From Hydrolagus colliei (lineage: Eukaryota), in contig CM068748.1 of NCBI GenBank assembly GCA_035084275.1, positions 9,672,001 through 9,736,000 of the forward strand: a stretch of 64,000 nucleotides of DNA, in the 5' to 3' direction. This document shows, in pieces, positions 35,701 through 50,207 of the stretch. The number at the start of each line of letters is the position of its first letter. Within the stretch, counting starts at the first letter, position 1. The notes under the pieces are model-generated. The model did not search any database. It saw only the letters and a program-made list of their open reading frames with translations, and was not told the DNA's origin. The translations under genes and the position numbers were made by a program.

Positions 35701-37671
35701 TTATACAATTCACATTATTAATTATGGTTCTGGAAACAAATGGCCATTTCAAAACAATAATATTAATTGTCAAAAGAGATGAACATTACATTATATTGCA
35801 CAACAGGCTTATTTGTACTGCCTGGAATTGTCCATTGTACACGCGTTTGAAGGGTATACAATCTGTGTGCTTTCTCATTTTCATACATTGAACATTATTT
35901 GCATCACATTATTTATAGCCTTTCTGCAATGTTTCCAACTCATAATGTATTATCAGAACTGACTTCCATTAGCTGTTCTTTAACTGTTCCTTGTTAATCT
36001 CTATTTCAGCCTAGAACATAATTTCACTGGGGCACTTGAAATAACACATATTTCATTTGTAGAACCTAGAGAGTCAGGTGGAAAGAAATACCTCAATGTA
36101 ATTCTAAAGCTTGATACTCCTTTTTCACCATTCCATCATCAGTTAGTAACAGTGTCCACTATCGACGGGACGTAAGCAGCTTGATTAAAAACACAGTAAA
36201 TTTAAAAGTAAATCCCAAATATTCATATATGAACAAATGCTTGCTAGGAAGCAAGACAAAGTGGATTTATTAATATATGTTCATTCAATGAATAGAGATG
36301 CTTTCCTGAGTATTCCACTTCAGGATTATTCTAGTCTTAGGCATCACTTAAGACTAGAATGAGAATGAAAACAGCATTCGGTGAGATTTAGCATTTTTTG
36401 CTGTAGAAAACAATAATGAAGAGCAATTTTACTTTTGCATTAATTAGCATTGATATGCTTATGTAAAACGGGACCAAATTAACCTTTTATAAATACCCAT
36501 AGCCAAGATTGATAGCAATAATTCTACTTGTCACAATGTGATATAGACTGCATTTTCGATAGAAGATTATTTCTACGCTTGGCAAAAAATACAACATGGC
36601 TTTAACTCCTGGCAGACCTTCGAATTCTACACACAACATCTGTAGAAGGACATGGCTGTCCTTGGCAAGAAAAAGACATTACACAGAGACTGACCAATGT
36701 CTCCTGTGTTCTCCTGTAAATCAGAACCATATTTAAACTCCGGCTCATAAATTGATGAATTTCATAGTATTCATTGGTATTGGTGAAGCACATTTCTTTT
36801 GCATTTAGTCCAATCATTTGAAGACATAAGCAATAACTTCCCTTCATTAAATTCTCAATGTTTTCCTAGTTAATTGTTGGTATGATTAATTTTTTTAAGA
36901 AAGATTAATTTATATGGATTTTATACAGTACCAATAATTATGCCTCCTAAACCAAACAGATTAATGCCATCCCTTACTGTCTATTATAATAACATGTTGG
37001 TGTGTTTTAAACTAATTAGCATTTAAAGAGTTCATAAATCTTCTCTGAACACAAATACCTCTCCAGGGAGATCATCAAATGGCAAATAAATAAATTCTGG
37101 GAAATAAGTTTTGAGAAATTCTATCAAGAAACTTCACAATAGATATCCTTTTTCCTTTGGGAATAAGGAATATTGAAAATTCACCAATATTGAAAATAGA
37201 TTTCTGTTCTTTTATCCCTTCTCGTATAGATTAATGAAATGAAATGAGTCTGATTTTCTATTAGGTGTGGCACAAGCACCAACTTGTCTCCTAATGTGCC
37301 AGATATGGTCCCATTTTGCTTTGTTATATTTTATTGTGAAAGACTCCAGAGTGGTATACGTAAATATCAATTTCCATTAGGTACCAGTATGTCAAGGCTG
37401 GCACTGGTAAGGAATGGTAAATGCCCATTGCTCAGTAAATAGAAATAAATAAATGTGTTAGTGTAAACCTCATTTTTTGTCCTTTGGACCAGTTTAAAAT
37501 CTGGTAAATTGACACAATATTCAGTTTTACTCTGGTGGAAATAATATATATTAAATAAATCAAAACCCTTATCAACTGTGCTTAAATGTCATAAAGAACA
37601 TTATTGTTGTATATGTTTACTATAAAAAGTAGGGGATTGGCTGATGGAATAAACATGCTGAATTTCTATAC

Positions 37672-37990
37672 AATAATAATAATCCTTACATTTGATCTAG
37701 CACTTTTCATATCTTCTGGACATCTCAAAACGTTTCACAGAATATACTGTAAAGTAAATTAACTGTATATTTGTAGGCGAGACGTGGCAGCCAATTGCAC
37801 AAAGAATGTTGTTGTTGTCCCACAAACAGTCATGGATTGAAGTGACCAATTTATTGTGGCTTTATTTCATAAGGGAATAATATCAGGCATGTGGAGTGAG
37901 GACCATTGCCTAAGGTTTCACCTCCCCAGGAATCAAACCCAGGTCCCTTGCTTGCCAGACAAGTGCTCTCCACTAAGCTAAGGACTCCAC
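37672..37990 (-). mobile_element. tRNA-derived SINE (major family)
   Basis: Reverse-complement match. Confidence 0.87.
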
Positions 37991-38002
37991 AAATTGCATA
38001 TT

Positions 38003-38575
38003 TAGAATCATAGAATCTTACAGCACAAAAGAAGGCCATTCAGCCCATCGAGTCTTTGAAAAGAGCAATTCAATCCCTCTCCCCAGCTCTCTCCCCATAA
38101 AAACCCGTTCTCCCCGAATAAATGTCTATCTCTCTTTTAAAAGTTGTTATCGAATTGGCCTCCACCACCCTTTCAGGCAATGCATTCCAGATTCGAACAA
38201 CTCGCTGAGTGAAAACATTTCTCCTTACCTCTCTGCTTCTTTTTGAAACTATTTTAAATCTGTGACCACAAGTCACTGATACACCCACCAGTGGAAACAG
38301 TTTTTCTCTGTTTACCCTGTCGAATCCCCTCATGATCTTGAAAACCTCTATTAAGTCTCCTCGTAACCTTCTCTGTTCCAATGAGAATAAACCTAGTCTC
38401 TCTAGCCTTTCCTCATAACTGAAGTACCTCATTCTTGGTACCATCCTCTGCACCCTTTCCAATGCCTTGACATCCTTCCTAACGTGTGGTAACCAGAATT
38501 GAACACAGTACTCTAGCTGAGGCCTAACCAAAGCTTTATAGAGATTAGGCAGAACTTCCTGATTGTTGTACTCTG
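38003..38575 (-). mobile_element. CR1 LINE 3' end (ORF2 C-terminal fragment)
   Basis: VRPQLEYCVQFW...LERVQR...YEERLERLGLFSLEQRRLRGDLIEVFKIM...WNALP is characteristic of CR1; (ATTCTATG)-type tail. Confidence 0.93.
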
Positions 38576-39383
38576 TTGTACTTATTTCTCACAACAAAGT
38601 GGCCCAATGTTCATAAATTATTTCTTAAAATGCATTTGCACAATAGTAAAGCTGGTGATTGTGTTGACATTAATTGGGAGAATAGGTGATACAATGACTC
38701 AACTCAGTTATATTGCTGTGGCCGTCATAAGTTCTGGAACAGAGTAAATAAAAGCTCACTTTAAATTTGGGAATGCTGTACCAATGCTAGATGTGTAACA
38801 AAACACAAATATAATTCCCCATCACTAAAGTTGAATAATAAGCAGAAATATTTACTGAAATGTATTTTCTTAGCATTTGGGAATTTGGCAAATTCAGTCC
38901 GAATTTTGAAGGCAATGTTCTGTAAATTGTTTTTAAAAACTACAGACCCATTCATCAAAGATTAGGCTGAATTCAACAATTTGTCAAATTATGGATGCTG
39001 TAAAATGTTAAATAGTGAAAATCTAGACCCAGGTTGAATGTCTTCTCCAGTATTTCCAAGAATCTTCAAGAATGTGACTCTTATCCAGCTTTGTGGTGTA
39101 TTATATGGCAGAATAGGTGATCCATTGCATGGATGCTGTGAGGGAAGGTGAGGAAAGAGAAGTCAATGAATCTGGTCATTCGATTCATTGAAGACAATTT
39201 TCAAAATATTTAATCAAGGATACATATAAAAGAGCAAGTGAGACACTAATAGCTGATAGCTATTTCAACAGCTATTCATTTCAGGATAGTCTGACATTAT
39301 TATACTTTGATAATGCCTACAGGTCAAAATCGACAACAACAATAAAATTACATTTATAGAGCACTTTTCACATCGGGAGGACA

Positions 39384-39698
39384 CTGTAGCTCAGTGGTTA
39401 GAGCACTCGCCTTACAAGCGTGAGACCTGTGTTTCGAATCCAGTCAGGTGAGTGTGAAACCTTGGGCAAGTTTCCTTACTCCACATGCCTAATAATAATC
39501 CCTCCGAACAAAAAGCAATAATAAATTGAACATTTTCAATCCATGGCTGTTTGTGGGTCACTGCTGTACGCAATTGGCTGCCGCGTTTCACCAACAAATA
39601 TACAGTCAATTCACTTTACAGTATATTCCGTGAAGTGCTTTAAGATGTCTAGAAGACAAGAAAAGCGCTATATCAAATGCAAGGATTATTATTATTAT
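39384..39698 (+). mobile_element. tRNA-derived SINE inserted in an L2 tail (39333-39720, minus strand)
   Basis: The L2 tail CATCGGGAGGAC...CCCAAGGCGCTG is split by the SINE. Confidence 0.87.
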
Positions 39699-42600
39699 CC
39701 CAAGGCGCTGGAACAGTAAATAGGAACAGTAAATAAGGCAAACATTTTAACATAAAATGGAATAAAAGCTAAAGGTTCATATGGTCTCAGATGAGGTCAG
39801 TCACAGCAAACTAAGCTTTCTGAGTAACCGAATCGCTGTGCGTGGTGGGCACTTTCATCTTTGTACAATAGTACAGTACATGAAATCAAGAATACAATCC
39901 ATTTCATGGCATTAACTTGATCAAATTCAAGACTTCAATAAAGATGATATGATCGACTGACATCAGGTCTGCTGATTCCCATAGAGCATATCTCCTACTC
40001 AGAATCGATTTCATTTTTAAAAAGAATCTTAATTCCCGCAATCACTCTATGGCTTCCCTTGACTCCACCCCACCCTGGCAACGTCATGCAACCCTTCTCT
40101 CAGTGAACCTTGAGACAGACTCAGGCAGACCTTCCATAAGATCGCAGTAGACAACATCTGTATTTCTTAACAGAAACGGCATTCAATTTTACAATGATAC
40201 ATGCAATCAAAAGAAAGAAAAAGATTGAATAAATAAGTCCTTGGAACACATAAAGGGTAAATGCCTCAGAGTAACGTATTGATCAACAAGGAGCTACTTT
40301 CTTCTCTACAAAGATATCAACTGAATTTACAAATTTCCTTTTCCTCTTTAAGGAAACAAGACAGATTGGGTGATAAAGTGGGTTAGCACATATTTCTTTC
40401 ATCCCTGAGACCCCTGCTGCACAACACAGTGAAATAGAAAGTATTTTTAATACATCATGTAATTCTTTAATTGTACCCAAAACAAAGAGTAGTGCTAAAT
40501 ATGAATCATATATTTATTGATGCTATCATCGAACAATCTGCCACTATTTAAATAATTCTACATTTTAGTAAAATTCCTGAATGAAGAGATATAAAAAGAA
40601 TTCTTGGTTTAGAGAGAGGTTTGTTGCACAATTTAGCTACATTTGGTTTTGGTCTGGGTGATGCAGGTACTGATGGACTGAAGTGGAAAGTGTTCTATTC
40701 TTCAACATTGATATAACTTATCTATCACTTATCACTATGAATCATAAATTTAAGAAACATGCAAACAACATCACAACAACAAAGACTGCAACACTGAAGA
40801 TTGAAGCAAAAAAGATTGCAACCTTCTGTCAATATAAATAGAACTTTTCTAGAGTTTGTTAGTTTGTGAAAAATACATTTGATGGCTATGAAACAAATTG
40901 TAGATGAATCATAAACAATAACACTGATCGTTTAACAAATTATTAAATATTCCTATTTTTGTGAGGCCTGAAAGGATCATTGTGTCTATAATTGAGACGA
41001 ACAGCCATAATATCTCACTTATGAAGATGAAATTTACTAGAGTGATAGATCATCTTAAAAATTAATTGGCATTAAATTTGATGCCTTCAAACATTAGGAT
41101 TATAAAAAAAACTTACGATTGAAAAGCCTTAGTGCCAGAACTGTGGCTAAATCTTCAAGCTTTAATCTTCCATTTATACTTTAATCTCTCATTCGGAAGC
41201 AGTAATGTTTGGACTTCTATTCATAATGTTATTATGTCAACAAATATTTTTCACATTTTATATTACTTTCATAACTCTTGATGACTGGTTTACTTATGAG
41301 ATCATTTAAATAGAAACATTAACCTATGCATTTAAAGCAAATTCCTTCCTGTACGTAACTATACATAGGTTAAATAAATCACGTCTGCTATTAAACAATT
41401 GTGCCTGAATATGCAGAATGATGTTGGTGGAGTTTTTCTTTGCATCTCTACTACTAATTACAGTATTAGCAATTGCTATGGGTTCTTGAGAAGATGCATT
41501 TCTTGGATGAAGCATTAATTTATATCCTGGCAAGATGTTTTTAAAAATGCTGGATTCACTTTCATTCCAAGAACTTGCAAATGTTATCATTGATCTAAAA
41601 ATGTGTTGTCCAAACTAAACTTTTTAAGTCACTTGTTTCATCCTGACAATGAAGAAATAAAATTGTAGTTCCATGCACAATGACACAGTTACTATTCCCA
41701 CATAATAGTTGATGCAAGTGTAGGGTTACAAATAGAATATTTCAAGGGTATTTGTGTGAAAGAAGTTTAGTATCAACTTATAATGTGGCACACAGACTTC
41801 CATCTATACAATTTATCATCCTGCAACTTTATGGTAAGATGTGTGAGTTGCATTAAAATACAGTTAAAAGTAATAGATTTATGAATATACAATAAGACAT
41901 ATTTAATGGATAGTTCAATGAAGAAACTATTTCGGCAAAACTCTCTAAGATTGTTAGCTTTTCAGTAGACCTGATCCATGTTAAAAGACATGCTGTTGTT
42001 CCAGGAATCTAATGATCCAAAGCATCTTTATTCAACATTGCTGCTTATTCAACTACTGTTCACGTCAGATTCAACCAGCCAACTCAACTCCCTTGATATA
42101 ATTTGGTGCTCCATCAAAGCTTCTGCGGTTTCACCTGTGATTTTATTCAAGACAGTACTATTTCAGTTGCAATTAAAGAAACATATATATAATATATCTA
42201 TGTATATAATATATAGATTATATACAGAGAATAATAATACCTTTATAACTTGTACACATATATAATCTGTGCAAATATTTAACAGCATGCTTTTGATTCT
42301 AGTTCAGAAAAAAACAATTATTTGAGTTGAGGCTTTAGAAGTTCAAGTTGTGATTGTTCAAAAGATGTTCAAAACAAGGACAAGATTGATGCAAATCCAT
42401 CAAAACTACCATGGATGTAGAATACCTGCAAAATATTTGACATCTTGGACAGATCATATAGGAGGGGGACAAATCACATTTTCCCAACCAAACAGTCTCA
42501 GCACCTAAGGATTTAACCATACTAACTCTTTGAAAGCCTGAAAAATTGTTGAAAGTGCCAACACTATCTAGAGATTTATGAAGTACATATCGATTTGGGT

Positions 42601-42702
42601 ACTGTATTTCACTAGAGTAAAACTCAAATGAATTGTATCAGTTGGGAGGATAACATTTTATATGAATTAAGCAAAGTCCAAGTTGCGGGCAAATTGTACA
42701 AG

Positions 42703-42822
42703 TAATAATAATAATCCTTGTATTTGATATAGCGCTTTTCACGTCTTCTGGACGTCTCAATTCACTTCGCAGAAAATACTGTAAAGTGAGTTGATTGTAT
42801 ATATGTGGGCGAAAGTGGTATA
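42703..42822 (-). mobile_element. SINE tail fragment
   Basis: Matches the major-family tail. Confidence 0.78.
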
Positions 42823-42879
42823 AAATTCAATTTAATCACTAATCAGCACTGCACGTAGGCAATTCAATGCAGCCTGTAC

Positions 42880-43050
42880 AAGCACATGTGTGATGGGTCA
42901 AGACTACATTTCCTGTGAATTCTGGATAGTCTGAAACTTATGTAGGGAAGAGCTGGGGAATCCAGTGAGCAGGGCCTTCTGGTAATCAAGCCTGGAGCAT
43001 CCCAGGGGAGAAATAATGATAGAGGAGAGTGATGTTGCAGAGGTGAGGGA
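42880..43050 (-). mobile_element. Old L2 fragment
   Basis: SRLDYQKALLTGFPSSSLHKFQTIQNS. Confidence 0.6.
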
Positions 43051-46000
43051 AAGACTTTTGTAGGTAAACGTAACATTACAGTTACTTAGATACCGTGCTG
43101 TGAACTTTACATCCTCGATAAATAACAAATTTTACCTAGTTTGTTATCAAAGTTTCATAAAACCATGAAATAATGATTAATGTTTTTAGTTAGGTATCAA
43201 TGAATTCAGAAAATATTTATTGTACTGTATTGCCGCAGCCAGAGAAGAAAGTGCTAGAACAGTCACTCACTACATACTGCCATTTTTTTATATAAACACA
43301 TACAAATATAGGTTTCATATATATACACATATACCATTTTACTGCGACTGTCTTGCTGGACAATTGCAGACACTTTTTTCAAAACTAGAAATGTTAACCT
43401 TGCAAATCAACTAGTTTTCAGTGGCATCTGCATCACCAGTTTCAGCAGAATCCCACCAGTGTGCTTCTCTCAAAATGATTTGCATAAAAATATTGCCCTC
43501 CAGACATGAATCAATGCAATAAACTCATTTTTGTCATGTGACCACCTGGTAGCCAGTCAAATTAAATTCCCTAGCCCAAGGTTGTAATAAATCTGAACAT
43601 ATTAGGCTATTCCAATTTTAAAAAATTGAGATTACAAAGCTGTATACATTTTGAGTTGCATTTTAAAAATATCATATTATCAACAATACTGTATATCTCC
43701 ATTATTACCTTAAATTTATTTTGTGTCATATATATGAAAAATGCACGGCTTCTTTACCACTATAAATGCAATATTAAAGTGTTTTTGCAAAATAGATTTT
43801 AAAAAATTAAGCAGAATTTTTCCCATTGGTTTGATACTCAATACAGACAGAAATCACCACAAGCCCAAGTTTATCTTTTGAACAGGAAAGGGAATTATTT
43901 GTAACATTTATAAATTTATTTTAAATACGTCAATAATTTTGCTTCAAGCCTATATTATCATTTGTATGGAAGTTTGAAAATTCATAATATGCAGATACGT
44001 TTCTTGGTTATTTGAAATAATTTACTTTGGAGTGATAACTAATCTTACACCACAGTTAAGATGTTGAACTAGTTCTGGATTCTACTGGCACTATAATTTT
44101 GAGAATCACATTCTGTTTCCAAAAGCTTATGGTGTGGGTGACACAATTGCAATTGAAATACTATCAACAAGATTTTCAAATCTTAGGATATAAAGAGCAA
44201 AATAAAAGCATATACAAATTCATAATGCTGTGTATTGACTCACGGTGTGTTGATACTGAATGTTTTGTTGTGAATCACTCCCATTCTTTTGGTTATTTGC
44301 TATGAAACCTCTGGCATAAATCAGAGAAAAGACCCATTCCTTAGACCAGCTAGAGTTGATTTCAGAATCACCCAATTGCATTATAAATATAGCAAGAGCG
44401 AATCAATATCAGCTCCACTGCCTCTCACTTTCCCATGATCTCCTTAACGTTTCTTGGAAGTTCTTTAGAAAGTCCAAGCACTTTAATTGAACTGATTTTT
44501 TAAAATGTTATTACGTTGTACACTTGTGCAAGCATCTCTTTGAATTTAAAAACCAACATACCGTTTTCAGAATTCGGCACATGTGCTAAATTTTACTTGC
44601 ACAAAACATTGTTTTTAACAATCTCAACCTAATGTGGAGCAAGTGATATCAATCTATCTACACTGGTTTACTCCTGGAAGTGATATTGCTTTGTTTTCAG
44701 AGTGCAAATGTGTCCCTTTACTATTTTTAAAAACACAAAACATAATTATTATGTTATAAAATTAAATGAACTTTAATAATAATAATCCTTGAGCTTCATC
44801 GCGTCATTGTAATAATAATCCTTATGCTGCATTGAGACATCTCAAAGTGCTTCACAAAGTTTTACCTCGCTGGTCGCTTGGTGTTACGAGCTGCAGTGTG
44901 GAGAGTTCACTGCCTTATTATTGCCCTCTATTTACCTAGCAGTAAGTAGGAACCCGGTTGTTGGCCGTACAGTCAAAGAGGGGAGTGAGGAGGTCAGAGA
45001 GGTAGGGAGGCCAGAGACTGAGTGGACTGGAACAAAATATATAATAACAAGTATGAAGAAATGTAAGCTATGTGGATGAAAAAAGCAATTAAAAGATACA
45101 TAAAAGATATACACCCAACTTTTAATTTAAAAAATGAAAGTGTAATACTTCAAAACGGTGCCATGGAGGCTAATTTCTTTGGGTGTTGTGCACCAAAATG
45201 TATGGCTTTATCTCCCATGTGTAATCTCATACTGCATTGACAAATAACATAAACTGGTGCAATGAACTTTAGTTTTGTTTAAAATGATTTGCTCTTGGGT
45301 TTTGTAGGTGTGTTGTAATATTTAATTATTAGAATGTTTAGCATGATTAAAGTAAAGAATAACTTAGGAAGAATAAAATAACTAATTTAATGCAGATAAT
45401 AGATAGCTGTACTCTGTAAAATGACAAGTGATTTAGGAGAAATGATTGAGAACAAAATGTGGTGTTTGACACATTTATCTAACCATGTCAATTACTGCGC
45501 AATTGGCTGTTACAGCAAGTTTTGTGTGCTGATTTAGAATTCAATGAACCATGGCAAGCAGCACTTCAAAGATTTAATGCTGAACTAATTATTCCATCAG
45601 CCATCTCAAATAATCACTTAAAACCATCAATTTTTACAGCACTTGTGAATTTATTGTCCTATAGTACAATTTCTATAACATATGTTATTTTGCAATATCC
45701 CACAATTGCTGCCTTTTACATTTTTGGAAGCAATTATCTCTCCCTACCTCCCACCTCCTCTACCAAAGATGTTGATTTTTAAGAGGGTTCAGTTCCACAA
45801 GCTCTCTACTATTTCATCCAACATGGGTTCAGTTATAAACAGTATAAACAGTGAGTGTCAGAAGATTATTCAATCATAGAGGGCATTCAAGGCAATCATA
45901 TCTTCACAGAAATGACTGAAAATAAAATGTAATGCAAGTTCCAGAAGGCATTAGCGCATAGCTATGATGAGCAGGACTAACTGATTTCCTATTCCTAACC

Positions 46001-48719
46001 TGGGAATGCTTAACCAACTATAGTATATCACCTCAACTGCTGCTCTAAATGAGCAACAGACTGGAAATCAAACCTGTAATCTTCTAGTACTGTATATACA
46101 CCTTAGACCAGAAAGGCTTTCATCCACTAGGCCATATTCAACCCTGTAAAAATTTAATCTGAAAAAGTCTAATATAGAATTATGCAAGATAGTATTTTGT
46201 AAACAATGTAAATAATGCAGCTACTGTCCTATATTTATAGTTTGTAGATACAACATTGCACATTTTAATTCTAAAGTGAATATTAAAAAAACTTGGTTCA
46301 GAATCACAGCATGTACAATAGGCAAAATAAAGGCATTAATCTTTTTACTTGTGGGCGGAACACCTTAGAAATGGAGATGGACATATAATGGTCTAATAGT
46401 TTTACATGTGTAGTGGTAAGAAATAAATAATTGTCAAACAGATCAAGCCTCACTGGGGATCCCTATTGTTTGAAAGGATTGCTTCAAAGGAGTTGGCATT
46501 CCTTTTCCCCTTTGAGAAAGACCCTGTGTGGGAGGCTATGTGAGCTTTCCTATCATGTCAAAACTGGTCTGCCTTTAGCTAGAGCATAACTCAATCGCAC
46601 AAACTAGGCAGATCTCTAAAACACAAAGGATAAATAAAAGCAACTAAGTGCTAAGCAAAAGTGTGGGCTGAAGAATTTTATCTCCTGGGGAGATGACAGC
46701 TAAGGGAAGCCAGCTCATCACAACCCTTTAGCTGCCGTAGACAGGTAAGTCACAATCACATCTCCCTCCTCCTCATGAAAGCTATTTCTACACAGTACAA
46801 ACTGTGCTGCCGTAGTATGCAGTTGTGATGAATTTAAGCCTTTTTACACGGCAATAAAACAGGCAAGACTGACACAGTAAATAACAGATTGGTAATTAAT
46901 TACATTGATTTGCATAATCTTCTAATGAATTATAGAACAATGAAAGCAAGAAGTATTAATTTAATAAATCTGAAAAAGAGAAGTAGATTGGATCAATTGT
47001 TCAGATTATTTCTATGTTTTGTACATTCTACAGAAGCACACATGGTACTTTTTATCACCGTCCCTGATTATACTTTTAAAGGTCACAGCTAAACACAATC
47101 TTATCGAAAGATTTAAAAAATGTACATATACTCTACTATTTTCTGATGCATTAGTTGACAATTTCTGCATGTAAGCTAAGATTGCAGCAAAACGTTTTCT
47201 AATGTTCTTACAGAATTTTAAAATGTTGTCATACAAGCAAGTTCACTCCTTGTATGTCTGAACCAATAATCAGATCTGTTCATCTAATAGATGTTGACTG
47301 ATAAAAACATGCACTGCATCCAGTTTAGCCAACTTCAATAATGTGATAGAGCAAATAAGGAAAAATACATGGGTCTTTCACTTTAAAATTAAAATGACTC
47401 AAAGTAATTATCACCTGGCTTTTGTGACAGTCTGCATTAGCTGTTGAGAACCAAAGTGGGGGTGGGAGCTCCTTGGAGCTGAACTGGCTCCAAGGTGATA
47501 TGTTTGACAAAAAAATGTTAGGATCAAGCCAACCGTCTGAGTCATTCTTGGTAGTCCTGTACCTGAACCAGGCAGGTCTGCAGTACTCCAAGGCACTGGT
47601 GATGACAGCTCAGCCAGCCTGGTCATCAGCAGATCGTGGAAGCTGGGGCCATGGAATCTTCCCACTCAGCTCCTGCTAACCATGCAAGCCAAAGCTCTAA
47701 TGGGTAGGGTGGTCCTACCTGGACAAGCAGTGAGAAAACTTGTCAGACAGTGCTTCCAATGGCAAACTACTGTATATAGTTAGACTCCAGTAGTACCCCA
47801 ACTACTGGGGTTCTGAAGCTTTGGTTCTCGCCGACCTGTGCCTAATACTTTGTGGAATTAGGGAAGCAAGATGCTCCCTCTAGGGAGAATGCGCATTCCA
47901 TTCCAACAATTTATCTCTGGAATTTTCATGTGTAGGTGGGATGCATAGAATTCAGTTTGGTTTGGATACTCTGTAAGCATGGTGATGGGTTTCCGCATAT
48001 GTCAAATACCCGGTTGTCTGAAAAAAAACATGGTTCCAAGATAAACCTTTTTTTTAAAAAAATACAATGGTGCAGTTTCTATTTTAATGTAAATTTCTAG
48101 AAAAATAAGATTTTGTATGAATATATTGTTTGTTTTAAACTGGTGACTTAAACAATAGACATGCTTATTTAAAAGCTTCAGATCAAATATTTGCACTTTG
48201 AATTTACTGCAAATATATTTGTGCGGTTTGTTTGAAAAAAGATATTTAGATCACAGGGTAGTGTGTGGGCCATTTAGAATAGTAATCCTTTTGTGCTATT
48301 CAGAGGCAGAATGTGTTATTGTACTTACACCCTTCGCTCCCAGCATTCTGCCAACGCAGAAAAAGCTTCTGCACAGCTCTACGTTAAAATACACTATTTA
48401 TTGTTGCATGCAAAATAACACAAGTTGCAAGATGACAGCAAAACTCAGCCAGAGCCTCATAGTGAAGAATCTTCTCAATCACTAAATAAGGCAAACATTT
48501 TCAACCTGGTTTAGCTTTTAGCCTTACTAAAGTCGTTGCTTTGGAAACATAATAAAAATGCCAATTGAGGTTGAATAACTGCTTAAATGTTTAAGAACCT
48601 TTGGCCAGTTTTAGAAATAATAGTGCAATATTTCCTTCAGTTAGCAATATAATTCTTCTGCCAATGAAAAGTGAAAGATCTGAGTTTGTGTTCCATAACG
48701 TACAAAACAAATTCAACAT

Positions 48720-49218
48720 TAATAATAATCCTTGCTTTTCATATAGCACATTTCACATCACATGGACGTTTCAAAGCGTTTCACAGGATTTACTGTAAAG
48801 TATAATGACTGTTCTGATGAAGGGTCGTGGACCCGAAACGTTGACTCACTTTTCTTTTCTCCATAGATGCTGCCTGACCTGCTGAGTGTTCCCAGCAATT
48901 TCTGTTTTTTAATGACTGTGTATTTTGCAAGTGGACATAGCAGCCAATTTGCATCCAGTGTCACACAAACAACCGTGAAATAAATGATAATTTTATTTGG
49001 AGAATTATTTGTCAGGTATCTTGGAGAAATTGCTTCGGTTTTCAATTAGCACCACAGGTTCTTTAATGTCCACCTGAACTGCCAGACATTACCTTGGTTT
49101 GTCTCATTTGAAGGACAACATCTCAAGCAACGCAGCACTATGTGATCTCAAAGTCCTGATGTGGGGTTTGAATTCATAACCTTCTGACTCAGAGGCGAGA
49201 TACAACCAAGCGAGTCAT
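48720..49218 (-). mobile_element. Deu-domain SINE hosting a Penelope-like insert
   Basis: Tail, Deu-like TCTTTAATGTCCACCTGAAC, head AACCTTCTGACTCAGAGGCGAG. Confidence 0.72.
48813..48909 (+). mobile_element. Penelope-like mini-element, single arm with intact hammerhead core
   Basis: CTGATGAAGGGTCGTGGACCCGAAACGTTGAC plus the same downstream sequence as the 1.3-kb copy; 10-bp TSD TAATGACTGT (48803-48812 / 48910-48919). Confidence 0.8.
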
Positions 49219-49345
49219 CGTCCATTCAAAGGGACAACAGCAAACCCACTTTTGTGATCCATATAAATTGTTACACCACTGATTGTATACTTAAAATACT
49301 GTATAAAACAGAAGTATGATATTATTAGCCCTGAGAGTTTCCGTT

Positions 49346-49659
49346 ATAATAATAATAATCCTTGCATTTGATATAAAGTTTTTCATGACTTCTAGACGCC
49401 TCAAAGCGCTTCATAGAATATACTGGAAAGTGAATTGACTGTATATTTATGGACGAAATGTGGCAGGCAATTGCGCACAGCAGTATCCCACAAACAGTCG
49501 TGGATTAAATTGACCAATTCTATTATTTTTTGGGGAGGGATTATTATCGGGCGTTTGGAGTAAGGAAACTTATCCAGTTTCACCCTCATCTGCCTGGATT
49601 CGAACACAGGTCTCACGCTTGTAAGGCGAATGCTCTAACCACAAAGCTACAGGACTCCA
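49346..49659 (-). mobile_element. tRNA-derived SINE (major family)
   Basis: Reverse-complement match. Confidence 0.9.
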
Positions 49660-50207
49660 TTGGGACCCAGCAATGTGTATTAATCAATTTACTCCTACAG
49701 CAATTGCTGATGAAAAAATATTATTCCCTTGTACTATACCATTCCTTTTCTAAAAGATTCATAGCAGAAGTATTCACATTAATATTTGGATTTCAAAACT
49801 TCTACCAAGAGTCTAATTTAGGTACATGTAGTCAGAAAGCGAAGGCAGAATATTTCTGAAATATTTTGCGGGCTCCATAATTATTAAGAAATTACAACCG
49901 AAATTGAAAAGAATACTGGGAACTATTTTATTTTGACTTTGACAATAAACCATTGTATTCTTAGTTTCAAATGTAGGTTGTATTTGCTCCCTTTCAGAGC
50001 ACAGTTGCATGTCAGTAAATTATTTGCCTAGCTTTAATGCTAAAATATGGGGTTTGGTTGCAAATTTGCCACAACACACCATGTTGAACTGAGTAGCAAG
50101 ATTTTCCATTTAGTAACCCAATGAAACCAATTATCGTTGGTAGACTCACACTTGAATCAGCGCTAATTCTGTATCACTCATACTTGACTCAGCCCTAGTT
50201 CTGTATT

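Noticed and set aside
38070-38531. 153-aa ORF
   Set aside because: CR1 ORF2 C-terminal fragment.
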